Positions 26,089 through 38,149 of a stretch of 64,000 nucleotides of DNA are shown here, piece after piece. The position numbers were made by a program, and so were the translations under genes. Numbering within the stretch: the stretch's first letter is position 1; the number at the start of each line of letters is the position of its first letter. The stretch covers positions 64,728,001 to 64,792,000 of the forward strand of contig NC_043001.1 of NCBI RefSeq assembly GCF_006345805.1. The letters are read 5' to 3'. This stretch comes from Octopus sinensis. Lineage: Eukaryota. The notes beneath the pieces were generated by a model. That model saw nothing but the letters and a program-made list of their open reading frames with translations. It was not told the origin of the DNA and searched no databases.

Positions 26089-26119
<31 letters not shown>

Positions 26120-26148
26120 GTATTGGGGGTGATGTACAGATTTAATAC

Positions 26149-26220
26149 ATATGAAAGAAAAAGGCGTTCAAAATGCTGGATGCAACCATCCAGCATTCTG
26201 AATGCCTTTTTCTTTCATAT
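26149..26220. repeat. Near-perfect hairpin with 34-bp arms
   Basis: atatgaaagaaaaaggcgttcaaaatgctggatg-caac-catccagcattctgaatgcctttttctttcatat. Confidence 0.9.
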
Positions 26221-26227
26221 ATATATA

Positions 26228-27518
26228 CAGGATCTTGCAGATAAACTGAGACAGTTTTTATAATGCATAAAACTGGTTATAGATACTAAAATAATGGTAG
26301 TAGACAGATATAGTTTTAATGTAACATTTATTATAACAAAGACACTTATCACTCTATGTGACTGCCCTTTTGGGCAATTACTACCTCTACACAAGAACAA
26401 AATCATTTTGCAGCAGCTGCAACCTCCAGCTTTTTGATTTTGGATGTCACACGCACAATGCAGGTCTTTACCCTACTCGAGTGTCAATAGTCTTACTGAC
26501 ACTTGAGTATGGTGAAGTGTTGGTCCTTGTTTGAAGTACATCCATAAAAAGTAATCAAGAAGGTTGAGATCGAGGCTATTACTGAGTCAGATGTTGGCCC
26601 TCACAAAAAATGACACCTTCTCACCAAGGATGGCCTGTGTTGCTTTTTATCCATGGCAAAGGGCAGAATCTTGGATAAGCACCATATTGTCAAGCCCAAA
26701 CTTCTGTTCCATCCAAGGTAACAGAGAGTTCTTCAGGATGTCCAGATATTCCTTTGTGCCAATCTTCAAGCCAGACTCAATGAAGTGTGAATCCATGACG
26801 TTTCCCTCACTCACCACAACTCCAAATACCATCATAGAGGCAGGATTCTTAGTCTCAAATACAGGGGTGGGGTCTGAAGGGTTGTATGCAATCACTCGAG
26901 AATTTATGCAATTCACCTCAGCATCCACAGTGAACTTCTTCTCATCCACAAACATGAGAGTTTTTTCTGCACCTTGATGCTTAATAAATGACAAGCTTTG
27001 GGCATCTCTCAGCTCTGATTGCTTTGGCCTTGGCTGTTAGGAGGTGATGGCATCATCGAACATAGCTAGTCATACCAAGGTTCCTGTTCTGGACACCGTG
27101 GAAAGGGACACATTACATTTCTTTGCAAGAGTTGTCGTGGATGCGGATGGGTTGGCTTCAATTGAGTGATTGAAACCAGCAAGAAACTTTGGATTGCACT
27201 TGGAATCACTTTGAGTTTTGTGTTCTTTTCTATCAATCTGTCCCTCTTCTTTAAAATATTTATACACAGGATAAACTGTTGCTTTTGGAAATTTCGGCAA
27301 CTCAGGAATTTTATTGGCAGTGTGCCCAGTGCATGCCAAAACAACGATGGCAGAACAATTCTGTTGTTCTATGATTTTCTGTTGTTGAATCAGTTCACTA
27401 TTTACCTGAAAAATAAAAGTTTAAATTTTCAAACAAGTAAGGTTTTGTCAACAAATGAAATCTTAAACCCACGAAGTCAACTGCTTAAAATTGGTCGCAA
27501 TTTATCTGCAAGACCCTG
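26228..27518 (-). mobile_element. maT-type (DD37D) Tc1/mariner element, full length but inactive
   Basis: TIRs caggatcttgcagataaactgagac / gtcgcaatttatctgcaagaccctg with TA on both sides; FVDEK, QDSALCH, SLDLNLLDY; 37 residues counted between 2nd and 3rd D; in-frame stops. Confidence 0.9.
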
Positions 27519-27576
27519 TATGTATGTGTGTGTGTATGTGTGTGTGTGTGTGTGTGTATGTATGTGTGTGTATGTA

Positions 27577-29921
27577 TTATTTACAGTATCAAAGGCCTTT
27601 GTTAAATCAATGAATACCTGGACAAGATCCATATTCTGCTCATAGCACTTCTTCTGCATCTGTCTTGCTGTGAAGATCATATCCATTGTCCTTTTACCAG
27701 ATCAGAAGCCACATTGAGATTCAGATAGGACATCATTTATGAAACACCCATTCAGACGGGTAAGAAGAATATTTGCCAGAACCATGCCAGCAGCTGATAG
27801 TAGAGTAATACCTCTGTAGTTACCACACATTGTTCTGGCTCCTTTTTCTTTATATAGAGGAAGAATAATTGCATCCTTCCAGTCCTTAGGCATTGCACCA
27901 TCCCTCCAGACTGCACTAATAAGTAATCACCACCAAATCACAAGACCTCAGCACAAATTCCATCCTTTCCAAGTGCCCCATCAAGATTCAGTTTACTTAT
28001 TGATGTCATTACTTCATGTATTGAGGGCGTGGAGTTTATGGAGCCAATGATAGGTCTTTGTTGCATAGTATCAATGACTGTTTCATCCACATGGTTTAGG
28101 AGTTCAGAGAAGTGTTCAATCCAGCGACCTGTGATTTCTGTTGATTTAGTAAACAGAGCGGAAGACTCCTTCGAAAGCAAAGGAGCTGATGTGGAGCTCT
28201 TAGGTCCATAAGCTTGCTTCATAAGATTGTAAAACTTCTTGCTATCATTTGCAGCAGCCTGAACATCATGAGCTAGATCCTCCCACCAAGTGTTCTGCAT
28301 CTTCCTGAAAGATTGCTGCAGTAGTGATTTTACACTGCTATATTGGGCAAGTGCTAGACTTTGCTGCACAGCAGACAGTCCTCTGTGTAGCCATACATTG
28401 TGGGCATGGTGCTTTACCACCAATAGACGCTGAACTTCAGCATCATTTTCATCAAACTAGTCTTTGTGTCTGGTAGAAGCATATCCCAGTGTTTCAGCAG
28501 CACATTGAAGAACCTGGTCTTGAAAATCTTCCCATGCTGCAGTATTTTCAATGCTGGACAAGCGATTCTGAAGCTCTTTCCTCACCACAGCATCATATAT
28601 TTTGTGGACATTCAGACACTGAGGAATGCTGACTGGTCCTCTTCTCTCCTTCACTTCGCTCTATAATTATGATGGGATGGAGACTTGGGTCAATGTTGGT
28701 GGTGGCATGGTGGGACCCATTCCTGTAGAGAATGGTGTCAAGCAGGGGAACATCCTTGCCCCAACTCTCTTTTCTTTGTACCTTGCTGCTTTTACTCATG
28801 CTTTTGCTAAGGTTAGCTCTCTGGGAATATATGTCAGATATCAATCTTCTGGCTGTCTCTTTAATCTGCGCCGATTTGCTGCCAATTCAAAAGTTCTCCG
28901 GTCTCCTTTATGCAGATGACTGTGACTTAGTCACTCATACAGTGGATGACATGCAAATACTCATGAATTGTATTTCTGCTTCTTGCAAGGCATTTGGACT
29001 CAGCATTAGCCTTGAAAAGACTGTTGTAATGTTCCAGCCTGCACCAGGAAATCCATATCTTGGTTGAAGGAACTATTCTGAAGGTAGTAGACAAGTTTGT
29101 CTACCCAGGCAGCACACTCAGCCATTCTTGCTCTTTGGATGAGGAAATATCTTTCAGGCTGCAGAGAGCAACTAATTCCTTTAGGTCTCTTCAGTCTCGT
29201 GTCTGGTCCCAGCATGGCATCAGAAGGCAAACAAAAATTGCTGTGTACCATGCAGGTGTACTGACATCACTCCTCTACTCATGTGAGACATGGACCCTTT
29301 ACAAACGTCATGTAAGGGTCCTTGAACACTTTCATCAGAGATGTCTCAGACACATTCTCAATGTTGGCTGAACCTTAAAAATTCCAGACACACAGATCCT
29401 GAGGACAGCTGATATCTTGAGTATTGAGGTGATGGTGCACAAACACCAGTTACGTTGGACTGGACACCTTATTAGAATGAAGGATAGCAGGATCCCTAAG
29501 CAGATGCTCTATGGAGAACTTGTGAATGGAAAGAGACCCCAGCAGAAACCAAGACTGCGGTTTAAGGACTGTGTCAGGTCCTCATTAAAGGCCTGTGATA
29601 TGCAGGAGACTGACTGGGAGAACAATGTCTATCATGGTCACAGATGGAGGAAGCAGGTCAAGGAGGGGGTCGACACTTTTGAGAGAGCAAATATTCAGCA
29701 TGAAGAACTTAAGCATGCTGCACGAATGCGCACAACTGGTGTAGTGAATGGGGAAAGCTTGGTCTGCAATGTTTGCAGTTATGTATGCTTGTCAAGAGCA
29801 GGACTCATTAGCCACCAATGGAGTTGCAAATGCAAAATATAAGTTAGTCCTAGAGCACACAATGTTCCTGAAGGTCAGCAATGGTCTTCCTCAGTCATGA
29901 GTGGACAGCCATCATCATCAT
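27577..29921. mobile_element. RTE/BovB-like LINE with inverted 5' part
   Basis: Minus piece 28637->27577 ends at FIDLTKAFDTVN; plus piece from ~28640 continues DGM..NGVKQG..LAP, LLYADD, C-terminal CxxC..SH, (CAT)n end. Confidence 0.9.
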
Positions 29922-30495
29922 GTGTATATATATATATATATATATATAAGAAATTAACTATTTTTCTATATTTTCTTATCCTTTTCGAAATTTTTTGTTC
30001 ATTTTATGATATGATTTTATCTGTTCATATTTTATAATTTAGTTATACCAACTTTTTCCATCCTAGTATTTTCTTACAAGTATCTTTGCTTTTAAATGAT
30101 GTTTAAAATGATTTAGATTTTTCTATTTTCACAGTTTATGTATATATTGATTTGTAAAGCTTGTGTATCATGTGGTTTTTGTATTGTGCCAACATTTATG
30201 ACCATCTGTGAAATTTTTTTTCTTTGTAAAATGTTTGACTTTTTCCTTATATTTATTTTTACAAATTCATTTAAATTTGATATCCCTCATATTTTCATGT
30301 TCCATCACATGATCCCAGGTTTTCACAATTTTAATAATTTGTACATTGTACTGTTGATTCATTTTTATATTTCATTTTTATTTTATTTTATTTTGCCTAT
30401 CAAGGTGGTATTTTCCATTAGACATGTTTTATCTTTGTGCCAATTCTAAACTATTCCTCTATTTAAACTAAGTTTCTGGGTGTATAGTGTGATTG

Positions 30496-30538
30496 GTGCC
30501 TGATGAACAATATGCATATGGGAAACTATTAGTAGTGC
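30496..30538 (+). ncRNA. Minimal hammerhead-like motif with canonical core
   Basis: GUGC CUGAUGA A CAAUAUGCAUAUGG GAAA CUAUUAG UA GUGC, followed by AATAA. Confidence 0.6.
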
Positions 30539-30580
30539 AATAAGTACATGTAGTTGAACTTGTAGTAATATATAAATATA

Positions 30581-30982
30581 CAGGAGTGGCTGTGTGGTAA
30601 GTAGCTTGCTAACCAACCACATGGTTCCAGGTTCAGTCCTACTGCGTGGCACTTTGGGCAAGTGTCTTCTACTATAGCCTTGGGCTGACCAAAGCCTTGT
30701 GAGTGAATTTGGTAGACGGAAACTGAAAGAAGCCCTTCGTATATATATATATGTATGTGTATATGTGCGTATGTGTGTGTTTATGTGTCTGTGTCCCCCA
30801 ACATTGCTCGACAACCGATGCTGGTGTGTTTACATCCCTGTAACTTAGAGGTTCGGCAAAACAGACCAATAGAATAAATACTAGGCTTACAAATAATAAG
30901 TCCTGGGGTCGATTTGCTTGAGTAAAGGTGGTGCTCCAGCATGGCCACCGTCAAATGACTGAAACAAGTAAAAAACAAGAAT
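30581..30982 (+). mobile_element. tRNA-derived SINE (cephalopod-type), full length
   Basis: A-box-like tggctgtgtggtaag, B-box-like ggttcagtcc, internal TA/TG microsatellite, A-rich 3' end. Confidence 0.85.
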
Positions 30983-31060
30983 AATATATACGGCATGCAT
31001 GGGTATGTAGTCTCAAATTCAGTCTAGCCAATTTAGTAGATAGAAACTGAAAAATGCATA

Positions 31061-31097
<37 letters not shown>

Positions 31098-31171
31098 CGT
31101 GTGTATGTGAGTGTGTGTATGTGTTTGTGTGTGTGTGTGTGTTTGTGTGTGTGTGCGTTGTGTGTGTATAT

Positions 31172-34010
31172 ATCATGGCGTTGAATACAAACATATTGGT
31201 ATTGAGGGCTATTTATTCTCCCAGATAATAAACACTATTTCTTATAATTTTTGCCATTCATACAAACGTGGTACAAGAATCTTCTTTGAGTAAATGCAAA
31301 GAAACACCCTTTTTTAAAAAACAAAAGATCATAGCAGTAATCAAACAGTGAAATACATACCATGTGGAAAATTACTATACATACACCATGCCAACAAAAG
31401 AACCCAGAATCAGCTATTGCAGATTGTGGAACTATCAAGAAAAATTCCAGAGGACTTTTGAACTATACTATTTCTACAGAAAGACTAGGGAAGATTCCTC
31501 AATAGGCTATATGAAAAGACTTAAAGAACATTGGGATAAAAAATACCCGACATTCTTAAGTTTTTCAGAGAAACAATTACACCAGCAAGCTAAATTTGTT
31601 GAGAAGAAATAAACCACCCTACCAAATTAAGTCACTCGGCCAAAATGCGCAAATTATAATTCTTGTGTTAACATCACAGTAAGTTTCTTCCCTGAAGAGA
31701 TTGTGAATGACAAGAAACACAGCAATAACAAGCATAACAAACAAAAATAACAATAACAAACATAACACAGACATGTAGCTATTTATGATCTCACAAAAAT
31801 AAGTGAGGAATATAAAATATTAGAATTATAGCTTGCATCAAGGTTCAAACAGAACTTTACTACTTATAAAACACAAGGCACTGCATGAAAGAATGATACC
31901 GATATGAGTTGGGGAAAAAAAACCTACTGACCTGATGTTATCTGCCATCAGCAAAATTGTGAAAGAACAAGCAGCTCAAATTCAAAGCCCCAGCTTTTGG
32001 ATAACTGTGCACCAACAGGTGGGAGCAAAGAAAACTGATCCAAAGGATAATACTAAACCAAAACGGATTACCTCCCTCTAAAATAACATCAATAGACTCA
32101 AGAAAAAGATCAGACAGCTGGACACTATCATCAAATATATAGATAAAAATGAATTTATGAATCACCAGCTATGACTACATGATACATTCTCCAAATTATA
32201 TGGGAATTGCCACCTAGAAATACTCACAAGTAAACTGATCACCCCAAAAACAATCTACAAACAATAAGAGAAAAACTTTGTTGCTGTAAAAAATTGCATG
32301 AAAGAAAAATGATAAACTGCAAGTTTGTCTGAAATCCACAAGCTATACATTGCAGTATGAAAGGCAATACCATCAAGGTAGTAAATGCTCCTCTCCAGGA
32401 AAACCTAGAGTTGTTCTGGCAGGAAATCTGAAATGTAAACAAAGAGCATAATCATAATGCAGCTTACTTAATCAAACTATGAAATGAATATTGTATAAAT
32501 ACCTCTCCTAAAATATATAGCATCACTAGTGAAACACTCTTGATGGTTATTATGAAACTGCCAATTGGAAAATCACCTGGGAGAGACCTAATAGTAAACT
32601 AAAAAAGTTCATGTTCTACAGGGAAATTTTCACGACCATATTTAAAAAAACAATGGACACTGAGCTAGACATACCAGATTGGCTGATGGTTGCCCAAGAA
32701 CAAAGAGATCCATGTGTCCAAAAACTACAGCTGTCTGCATTTAAGAAGAACATATCTCGCAATACTTTTGCAGTGCCAGTGCTAGTACCAACTTTTAGGA
32801 TATTGGACTGGACATTTGACGAGATCTGCAACCGGAACATCAAAACTAGAAAGGTACTGACCACTGCTGGCAACTTCCACATTAACAATAATACCAATAG
32901 GATCTATATGAGACAAAGTGAAGACAGTAGAGGCATATGATGAGTTCAAACAGCCTTTGAATGTTGCATTGTATAAATCAGACAACACCTGCTGAACAAT
33001 AAAGAAAGAAATGAGTACATTTCATGCATATTCAAAAGTGAGAGCAACAGCATCTTCAGAGATGGAGAAGAACTACTGTGCAGATACTCTGAGAATACAA
33101 CTGTCTCATGCAACCCAAAGGAGGCTGGACTGGCCTACCTAAACAGAAGCTTAGAGGAGAAGCAAGCAAAAAGCAATGCATGGGTTCATATATCATGAGA
33201 CAGAGGATAACAACAGCATTGACAGGAAGAGTAGCCTCTTCTGGACCTGTGATAGATACATTACATCCCACTGAGAAGGATATGCCTTCCCTATTCAGAA
33301 ACAGGAGATAGCTGCTAAATACCTAGTGGCCAAGAGAGACAAAGATATCACTCACATCATCAGCAGCTGCTCCAAAAAGTGTATGACATACCACCTGCTC
33401 CTGAAGCATGATATGGTTGCATGTCCTATTTACACTACTACCCACAGGAAGGATTGCCCTGACATATACATCAAAGGCATGTCAGAACTAGCATGTATTC
33501 ACACCTTTAAAAAAACAATGGATATTGGTGGAACGCTCCAATAAAAATAGCCTGATATTGTCTGTGGGGCAAGAAACAAAAGTCATGCTGCCCAGTGGAT
33601 GTAAATGTACCAATAAAATAAGAACATTTATGGTGAATTAATGTGGAACTTATAGGTCTTGTACTCTGACGACAAATTCTCATTTGTACCTATCATCACA
33701 GGTACATTAGGATAAGTACCTACAAATCTACACAAAAGCCTAAAAATACTAGGGTTTTCAAAGAAAGAGCTAAAGAAACTGGAATGGATTCTTCAAATCC
33801 AATCTATTTGTGGCACATGGAAGATCTGTAAGACATTCCAAAGATTCTCCATCTGAGATTCTTTAGGTAAATAGATGCACACACCAAAGCATGTGCAACT
33901 CAGCCACATATTTAGAAGCATCAAAAACTCTCTTGACTCAAAAAGTCTTGTTGCTTTATTAGTGACCAGCTTGAATTCTCTTAAGAAGAACTTGAATAAT
34001 ACTTGGAGGA
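31172..34010 (+). mobile_element. Long degenerate R4/Dong-like LINE (RT largely deleted or decayed)
   Basis: N-terminal GYMKRLKEHWDKKYP..SEKQL.QQA; ITHIISSC...HDMVA (CCHC remnant); PDIV..VPII.G.LG RLE region; flanked by (TG)n and TACA/TA. Confidence 0.75.
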
Positions 34011-34376
34011 AAATATATGCATACATAGAAGGAAATTAGATGAGAAGGTTAGGTAAGATGTAAAGAGAGAAAGGATGTAGAGGTACCACTGGGCAATGTA
34101 AAGAATGAAATTTTGGGGAAGGAGAGAAAAAAGGAATGAGATGTGAAGATCGTGGGAAATAGGAAGAGGTAAAGAAATTCATTTTTATCTGTGAGTAGGA
34201 ACCTTACATAGGAATGAATGAATACACACACATGCACATTTTCTGATACACATATTCATTTGAATAATGATAATGTTTCAACTTCTAATGACTGAGAACA
34301 AACACAATAAAACTTTTTCTCTCATTTATATATACAAATACATATGTATATTCCATGTTTGTACTTCTTTTTCTAG

Positions 34377-34442
34377 ATTAATCCAACTTTCAAGACAGAA
34401 CCTGTTACAAGAAGAAAACGTACTTTGGCTACATCATCTTCA
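34377..34442 (+). CDS. Candidate 66-nt internal exon of an unidentified host gene
   Basis: Pyrimidine tract cttctttttctAG, GTAAGT donor, length divisible by 3; INPTFKTEPVTRRKRTLATSSS (a second frame is also open). Confidence 0.5.
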
Positions 34443-34509
34443 GTAAGTTGTACTATTTTTTTGTTATTTCATTTAACACTCTAAGTTTTGAACAGTCCTT
34501 GATACTGAA

Positions 34510-35420
34510 CTTTGGTTAGAGGCTGTAAACAACAGAGTGCACCTCCTCCACTCCTATTACATGAAACCCATAGCTTCAAAATATGTTGTTCACAAGAACT
34601 CAGCTTTGTCACTTGTGAAAATTAACATACTGACAGCAGACTTAGGATAATGAACAATGTGTCCCCACTATGCTAATCCTATGAAATAAAAAAAAACCTG
34701 TACGGAACTTCATGCACCACATGCAGTTCTCTGGATATGATCAGAAAGATAGGGTTTGAGAAGTCAGATAACATTATATGTAATGAAACCAGTGGCACCT
34801 GCCCTAGATATAGAAGTAAAGACTGGAATAGAATACAAAGAGCTTGTGACAAAGCAAACAGGGTGAACATGTGGTATAAAATCAACAAATATTAAGGTGT
34901 GATATTTGCAGAGGCCACAGCCCATGGAGAACCAGCCTGTAGATTTAGGAAAGCTCTGAAGGAGATCAAACTCAACATTAAGATCGTTGAAAAGCCAGGG
35001 AATTCCATCAGATCACAACTATGTAGGATGTACCCTTTTGAGAATACCATATGCACCAATGATAACTGCATGGAATGTAGGATCAACCCTGGCATTAACT
35101 GTAGAACCAGAAATGTAGTCTATGGCATAAGGTACATAGAAGGTGCTTGTAAAGACATGAACATGACATACATAGTAGAGACATCTAGGAGCGTTGTGGA
35201 AAGACTAAATGAACATTTGAGACAATATGACGACAAAAAATAGTCCTCCATACTCTACCAACATGCCAAGGGCCAACATGGAGGCAACCTGGGTCGACGT
35301 GACATCCACAATTTATCCAAGCACCCAAAAGACCCAACACTCAGACTAATACAGGTGTACGTCCTCATAAATGAAACATCCCCAGTACTAAATAGGAAAT
35401 ATACGTAGTAGGTAATCATA
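34510..35420 (+). mobile_element. Penelope-like element remnant with GIY-YIG endonuclease
   Basis: HSYYMKP, NVVYGI...YIVETSRSVVERLNEH, PVLN. Confidence 0.85.
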
Positions 35421-35439
35421 CCCCCATGCAGTTTATATT

Positions 35440-35493
35440 TATATACAGGTAGAATAGTTAGTGGGCTGTTATGTAGATATATGTTTGTGTGTG

Positions 35494-35526
<33 letters not shown>

Positions 35527-35965
35527 GCACATGTATGTAGGTAAATGGATATGAATGTAAACAGATAGACATACAGACGAATAGATACATAGGTAATATG
35601 AACAGACAGGCACACATGCACACATATGTATGCAAATGAAGACTAAAACACGTGACCATATACACACTCACTTCACTTCACACAAGGACACATATGGAGA
35701 CACACATCCATCTATGCAGACACAGTGCATAGTCACAAAAGCCCATACACAGACATACTCAGACATGCACACACAAGGAGACAGAGGTACACACACACAT
35801 ACAAACACACACACAAACACCTGAATATGCAGAATACATACATACAAACGTACATACATATATACATACGCACACACACATATATGCATACACACACATG
35901 CATACATATATCTGTATGTGCACACACACTGACCCACACACATGTGCACAAACAAACAAAAAGAG
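35440..35965. repeat. Compound TA/CA/TACA microsatellite field
   Basis: Direct reading. Confidence 0.9.
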
Positions 35966-37316
35966 TGCAGCTCAGATAACAGACAGAGTCAACAACTATT
36001 GAAAAGGTTGCAAGACAGAATGAAAATTTTAGGAAAAAAAATAAGTAAATGAGTGAAAACTTTACTGGTGAGTGTGTTAAATAATAAGGCACTAAAAAAG
36101 AATGACTCTCCCCAGACACAACAAGATATGCTTCAACACACGAACTCACATAAAGAATCTTGCAAACCAAATCCCAAAACAAAGTTTTAAACAGTAATAA
36201 ATTTCTTAATCTTAGTCTTTTTTTCTTTCACTTTCCTCTTTTATCTTTAGCAATTTTACATTTTGATTTTTATACTATCTACGTTTCAATATTGCATTTT
36301 CTTTTGCATTATAACAGTGTACAATGCAGTTAGATTTGCCCAGACTGATTTTTATTAAATCTTCCTTATTTTGTGAGAGATTTTACTCTAGGAGCCTCTT
36401 CTTCCTACAAGCTATGACAGCATGGGCTTATTGTGTTCTTGTAGTTTTGGGCTGCCTCTACAGCTATGATTTGTGGCCACAAATTTTTCACTTACGTTCA
36501 GTCAGTCAAATCTACCCCAACACTTAACTGCTTCTTATTTATCAACACCAGAAGAAAGAAAAGCAAAATTAAAAGATGAAAATATGACAGATCATTGTCT
36601 TTTATATTTCTTCAAGCAATTAATGTATTTGCATAACAATAATAAAAGAAAGAAAGAAAATAATGAATTAAAATTCACATTCTCAAGTATATGTGCTATC
36701 ATCCATTACTCCTCTTTTGATATTTGTTTTATCCATAGTAGGATGAGTTAGTCCAAGTATGTCATCATTTGTCTTCATCCTGTTTCATCTCAGTTATGAA
36801 GCCCAACATCTTAAGGTCTGACCTCACCGCATTTTATGTATCAATGTTAGTCATCCTATGCCACAAACAACTTCTATTATTCACTCAAATGTACTATCTA
36901 CCACTCATCATTCATTTATATCACATATCCACACCAGCACGGTTGTCTCTGTTCATACATCAGCAAATACTATTCATGCCCAACTTGTGCCAGATATACA
37001 TTTCATCCAAGTTAATATTGTCAAGGGTCCGAGAACAGGGGGTGCAGGAGATGCACTTGCACCCCCTGCACCCCTACATACTTTGCCAGGTTTAGTGTCT
37101 AAAAATACTGTAGTGTCTAAAAATTGATCTGTAAAAAGTTGCTTGAAGTTAGATTTCTTCTCAAAACAAGAACAAAGGACAAAAATAAAGTTTTTAAAAA
37201 GTCCAAAATGTTTGCTGATGAAGCTGGTCATAAAATTCTCTTGGGAATTGTCTAGAAAGATATACTACTGAACTAAACTATCATCAACACCAAAATTAAA
37301 AGTATATATATTTTTA

Positions 37317-38145
37317 CATGGTCTGATCGATAAGTATCCAGACTGCTGCATAGTATCAAAGCTAAAGCATGTAGAGTGAAGCCGCTAGGCACAGAGAGAC
37401 CTTGAACTCTGCCGTGCATGCACACTAAGTTTTAACATTCTAGCTCACTTCTGTTGTTTACAGCAGTGCTTGGAAGGAAGGTATGTAGCATGTGATCATC
37501 ACAATGACTATGATAGAGAAAGTTGAGCAGAGAATCTGCATCAAATTTTGTCAAAAGCTTAGCAATACCCACTCAGAGGCCTATGCAAAGTTTTCAAAAA
37601 GTTTTCATTGGTCAGCTGAAAGCAGTTTTGGCACAAACTTGGCAGACACACATCTCATACCCAAATCTTCAGGGATAATGGACTGAGCTGAACTGTAACT
37701 AATCTGCACATCCTCTGATAACTCACAGATGGTGATTCAACAATTTCCCCTCACAGCTGCATGCACATATGTGATGTCTTTCTCAGTTCTGCTGGTTGCG
37801 GGTCTCCCAGAACGTTCATCAATATTGACATTTTTTCAGCCAGCTTGGAAACATCTGAACCACTCGTACACTTGTGTGCAACTAAACACCCCTCTCCATA
37901 CACTTTCTGAAACATTGTGTAGGCCTCTGAGCAGGTATCGCCATGACAACTTTCTCTGTCATGGTCAATGTGACGAACACATGTTACACACCTTACTTGC
38001 AAGCACTGCTGTAAATAGTAGAAGTGAGCTAGAATGTTAAAGCTTTGTACACATGCACAGCAGAGTTCAAGGTCAATCAGTGCCAAGTGGCTTCACTCTG
38101 CATGCTTTAGCTTCGTTACTATGGCAACAGTCTGGATACTTATTG
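37317..38145. mobile_element. Head-to-head pair of mariner 5' halves
   Basis: Inverted arms 37326-37600 and 37908-38145; EQRICIKFC on +, GDP and SAKFVPKLL motifs on -. Confidence 0.85.
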
Positions 38146-38149
38146 TTTC

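Larger units (their letters stand above)
24880..26090. repeat. Large palindrome of a ~555 bp hammerhead-bearing unit (inverted copy + full copy + partial tandem copy)
   Basis: Arms 24880-25411 and 25450-25990; 25975-26090 repeats 25420-25540. Confidence 0.9.

Noticed and set aside
30581-30660. tRNA gene
   Set aside because: A/B boxes present but no cloverleaf; it is the head of a SINE
35255-36182. Multiple 60-150 aa ORFs rich in C, V, Y, H, T
   Set aside because: Translations of TG/CA/TA microsatellites; the same applies to ORFs at 65, 5009, 15909, 41957
36320-36620. Possible exon(s) after a long pyrimidine tract, and a minus-strand GTAAGT
   Set aside because: No consistent acceptor/donor pair with an open frame
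37036-37068. GC-rich hairpin cagggggtgcag...tgcaccccctg
   Set aside because: Probably a DNA-transposon subterminal remnant; no partner end or coding sequence found
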